Below, one piece after another: positions 61,801 to 64,000 of a DNA stretch of 64,000 nt. The DNA is from Oculina patagonica (lineage: Eukaryota). The stretch spans positions 5,828,001-5,892,000 of the forward strand of contig NC_135771.1 of assembly GCF_052425735.1 (NCBI RefSeq), written 5' to 3'. The first letter of the stretch is position 1; every line of letters starts with the position of its first letter. The notes under the pieces are model-generated. The model saw nothing but the letters and a program-made list of their open reading frames with translations, did not search any database and was not told the DNA's origin. The position numbers were made by a program, and so were the translations under genes.

Positions 61801-62934
61801 TTTTTGAAAATCTCTATAAATATCTGGAATCAATTTGTATATAGCATAATGCCTTATCTACGCAAAGTTGTATGCTAATGAGGCAAAATGAAAACAATAA
61901 CGACAGCAAAGATCGCCCTATATACTTACCTCCGATGAAAGAAGATAGCCACTTCATTATCGAATATCCTCATCACAAGCCAAAACTGTAAGTACTCTTC
62001 AGCAATCTCGCTGGCATTCTGCTCTTCTTGACGCGGAGTGCACGGACTGGGTGAGCTACCCTCGTCTTCCTCTGTTGCAGTGTATCCGGAGTCAGCTGTG
62101 GTGACGTCTACGGCAGGCATGATTAACTTCCCAATCGGGGTGCTACCAGCAGAGGAAACAAATGAAGAGTCCTTGACTGGGGTGACCGCAGCTGGGCTGT
62201 CTGGCTCCTCTTGTGTGGGAAGCTGCTTGCCTACCTGGCCGAGATGCGGGTGTTTAGGGGGTGGTGTTCTCTCTCCGTCCTCCGCGGCGGCGTCTTCTTG
62301 TGAAACAGTAACTGCTGGTGGTTCAATGGAAACGTCTGAATCACTAACGTCTTCTTGAGTGATCGTTGACTGCTTCTCTTCGTATATAGCCAAAAGGCCA
62401 TCATTTGCTGCAGCGTGGGGCTCAACAGTGTTTTCTACTTTAGAAAACGTTGTAGTTTCTTCGTCTCCCTTACTGGAATCCGCGAACCCTTTTGGAGTTG
62501 TAGCACCATTTTGATTATCCACTGATTTCTGCTCCTGTTTCACTAAACCACTCGTTCCTCCTTCCAGAGCCAACGGCGACACCACAGCAACCTGTTTCTC
62601 AACAAAACTTGTCAAGTAGTAATACTTCTCAGTTTCGTTCAGCACATATTCGGGCAAACTGATCTTTTCGAATTCTTTAACAAACAACTCTAAGCTCTGT
62701 TCAGCGCCATAGACAAACTGCAGGCGAACGTGACGGTTAATGCAGGAAGGATGGTCCCCAGGTTGTTTTACGTGGTGTTCGACTTTTTCAAGCATTGACC
62801 TGCTAACTGCTCCAATATGGCGGAGTTCAGAGACGATTTCGTCTTGTAAAAGCCATCGGATATCGTCGCATGTGCTGGTAACAGCCAGACGCTGGGAATG
62901 ACGAAGACCATGAAGAGGATCCACGCTATTATTT
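35299..62934 (-). CDS. SZT2: KICSTOR complex scaffold SZT2, 3' portion (29 exons; gene starts beyond the window end)
   Basis: GT-AG, phase-consistent exons: 61930-62934, 60090-60189, 59301-59445, 58099-58336, 57163-57349, 56055-56312, 55236-55509, 54464-54613, 53099-53710, 51889-52321, 51564-51746, 50633-50714, 49873-50005, 49686-49721, 49009-49148, 47000-47179, 46144-46224, 45709-45861, 45526-45550, 45109-45182, 43476-43855, 42713-42884, 42280-42354, 40648-40861, 39325-39760, 37428-37888, 36380-36516, 35874-36012, 35299-35433. Recognised SZT2-like blocks: [74 protein letters not shown]. Confidence 0.9.
37941..38504. mobile_element. Tc1/mariner (pogo-like) MITE in SZT2 intron
   Basis: TA-CAGTCAACTCTCTCTAA...TTAGAGAGAGTTGACTG-TA; internal GTGTCCGTCTTA repeats. 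Confidence 0.85.
38723..39116. mobile_element. MITE with CCGTATTTACTCGATTAAACGCCG TIRs
   Basis: Perfect ~24-bp inverted termini. Confidence 0.85.
39788..39942. mobile_element. Short TA-flanked MITE
   Basis: TA-CAGCAAGGCGCCCAAAAGTG...CACTTTTGGGCGCCTTGCTG-TA. Confidence 0.85.
41739..41836. repeat. 22-bp tandem repeat (GTACCATGTGACCGGACCATAT, about 4.4 copies) inside a MITE end
   Basis: Starts at 41739, 41761, 41783, 41805 and 41827; GTACAAAATCAGCCA at about 41612 is the inverse of TGGCTGATTTTGTAC at about 41728. Confidence 0.85.
42280..47179 (-). CDS. SZT2: SZT2 exons 47000-47179, 46144-46224, 45709-45861, 45526-45550, 45109-45182, 43476-43855, 42713-42884, 42280-42354
   Basis: TYNL...[56 protein letters not shown]. 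Confidence 0.88.
42950..44370. repeat. 106-bp satellite arrays flanking SZT2 exon 43476-43855 (dispersed copies about 39130-39265 and 56390-56615)
   Basis: GTGTGACCATTCAAATGAAAGCTATTGAGCAGTACTTTCATGTGGTACTG... at a 106-bp period (43898, 44004, 44110). Confidence 0.9.
44491..44928. repeat. ~210-230-bp tandem duplication in an intron
   Basis: GTTACTGCTTCAAATATCTTAT...CTCTGATAAGAAATTGTTGT present twice. Confidence 0.8.
47436..48616. mobile_element. Probable non-autonomous element with a long terminal hairpin (47443-47577)
   Basis: ~135-nt inverted repeat with a GCA loop at one end; GGAACCAATCAGATTGCAGGATT...GCCCGCTCGCG motif at the other; related fragment about 35760-35850. Confidence 0.55.
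48662..48842. mobile_element. Foldback MITE
   Basis: ATCATACTGATATGG...CGACTACAAAACTAGTT / AACTAGTTTTGTAGTCG...CCATATCAGTATGAT. Confidence 0.7.
49009..52321 (-). CDS. SZT2: SZT2 exons 51889-52321, 51564-51746, 50633-50714, 49873-50005, 49686-49721, 49009-49148
   Basis: [24 protein letters not shown]; splice phases consistent. Confidence 0.8.
49200..49590. repeat. (GACA)n/(GGCA)n tetranucleotide microsatellite
   Basis: Long degenerate GACA runs. Confidence 0.95.
52650..53039. mobile_element. TTAA-flanked MITE (Kolobok-like); related copies about 28560-28973, 58905-59280, 63356-63590
   Basis: TTAA-GGGGACTATGTAACGG...CCGTGACATGGTCCCT-TTAA; shared internal CATCCGCAGCCAAA, GTTTCCTACGAC. Confidence 0.75.
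53099..57349 (-). CDS. SZT2: SZT2 exons 57163-57349, 56055-56312, 55236-55509, 54464-54613, 53099-53710
   Basis: [12 protein letters not shown]...[39 protein letters not shown]...LRHALCD. Confidence 0.88.
58099..60189 (-). CDS. SZT2: SZT2 exons 60090-60189, 59301-59445, 58099-58336
   Basis: TCRIVNQ|[17 protein letters not shown]...[12 protein letters not shown]...NRKDMFVY. Confidence 0.88.
60912..61811 (-). mobile_element. 5'-truncated Penelope-like element in an SZT2 intron, with inverted pLTR and 12-bp TSD
   Basis: GIY-YIG ORF remnant 61148 to about 61715 (IVYKFSC...[16 protein letters not shown]...KPDLN); ~96-bp inverted repeat 60937-61032 / 61716-61811; CTCTATAAATAT at 60900-60911 and 61812-61823. 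Confidence 0.9.
61738..61780 (+). ncRNA. Minimal type-I hammerhead ribozyme (inverted pLTR copy; partner copy 60968-61010 on minus)
   Basis: UCACA-CUGACGA-U-GACGG(AUGUA)CCGUC-GAAA-CAUG-UU-UGUGA. Confidence 0.75.
61930..62934 (-). CDS. SZT2: SZT2 exon (largest in the window)
   Basis: TTTCTAG acceptor, [14 protein letters not shown]...FWLVMRI, AG|GTAAG donor. Confidence 0.88.
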
Positions 62935-63286
62935 CTAGAAATAATGAAACTGCTTTAGACAACACTTCAATAACTTGCATCCTCATTCGTTGTAAACTGC
63001 TTAATTGCAGTCTGTCTAAGTCCCCCAAAAAGTGTTGTAAAGCGCATTGAGCATATGGAAATGCGCTATATAAATACCGTCATTCATTCATTAGTATAAA
63101 CTCAGCCGTGTTCCATTGGAAATCCGGGAATCTGATTGGTTCTCCCATTGATTTCTATTCGCCGATAGAACACAATCGCGCGCGCATTGCTCTGTACAGG
63201 GTCAATTTTTTCTTTATTTTTGGCTTAAAAAACATAAAATTGTAGGGTTTGGACTACAATTCTGCGCCTCGTTGACTATTCGCTCA

Positions 63287-63322
<36 letters not shown>

Positions 63323-64000
63323 AAACTAGGGATCAGATCTTTAACGAGAACTCTTTTAAAGAGGAGCTTTGTCACGGATTTGACCAGATTTTTGAACAAC
63401 CCAAATTTATTTTTGTGCCGCAGGAAACCTAAAAATAACAGTCCACTTTTATTAACAATTGTTATATTAGAGCAATGAAACTGTTAACAAGCGTCTTTGG
63501 CTGCGGGTGACAAGGATGGAAATGGATTGCAACTTGGTAAGTGAGGTAAAATTTTCAAGATGTTTCTGTGCGTCTTCAAAAAAAATATATTTACAGTCAA
63601 ATCTCGTTATAGCGGACACGCCGGGACTCGTTTAGTGTCCGTAAAGCGAGAGTCGTAATAGGGGGGTGAGGGAAAGGCGTACAAGGTAAATAGTATGGGC
63701 ATGACGAGCACAACAGCGGAAAGACCAGTAGTCTAGGAGGAGAGGAATGGTCGAGGGTTGAGGGTTTGATTTCTCAAAAGGAGTCGCGAAAGAAAAGGGC
63801 GCAAGTGAAGGAAAAAGCAAAGTCGGGTACAGCACAAGAAGAAAAATATTATTGCAGAAGACCGAAGTGTTCGAAGACCACTGACGCAATAATGTATGGA
63901 GAAGCGGTGTCCGCTTATCAGAGAAAACAATTAAATTGTTCTTTTGGTACCAGAAAGTGTCCAATCCGATAGCGAGAGTCGAAGCGGGAGTCGACCAGCA

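Overview
AT-rich, repeat-dense animal genomic DNA with two assembly gaps (about 7893-8407 and 50261-50625). The repeat families and gene structure suggest a cnidarian, probably a stony coral; this is inference. Host genes: (1) two convergent paralogous rhodopsin-family GPCR genes, one truncated after TM5 (2276-3028, +) and one intact (10006-11025, -); (2) two intact, intronless, tandemly duplicated ferric-reductase-domain flavocytochrome genes (16987-18582 and 20471-22066, -) whose motifs look like fungal/plant/algal FRE/FRO metalloreductases rather than animal NOX/DUOX; (3) a divergent GPCR with an intronless CDS (29073-30212, +); (4) the 3' part of SZT2 (KICSTOR scaffold), reconstructed by hand as 29 phase-consistent exons (62934 to 35299, -), with one apparent 1-nt frameshift near 39655. 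Mobile DNA includes two Penelope-like retroelements with inverted pseudo-LTRs carrying minimal hammerhead ribozymes, a free-standing hammerhead between the two reductase genes, a TSD-flanked tandem tRNA-like element, nested LINEs, SINEs, many MITEs and several satellites. The best candidate for new biology is the duplicated non-animal-type ferric reductase locus.
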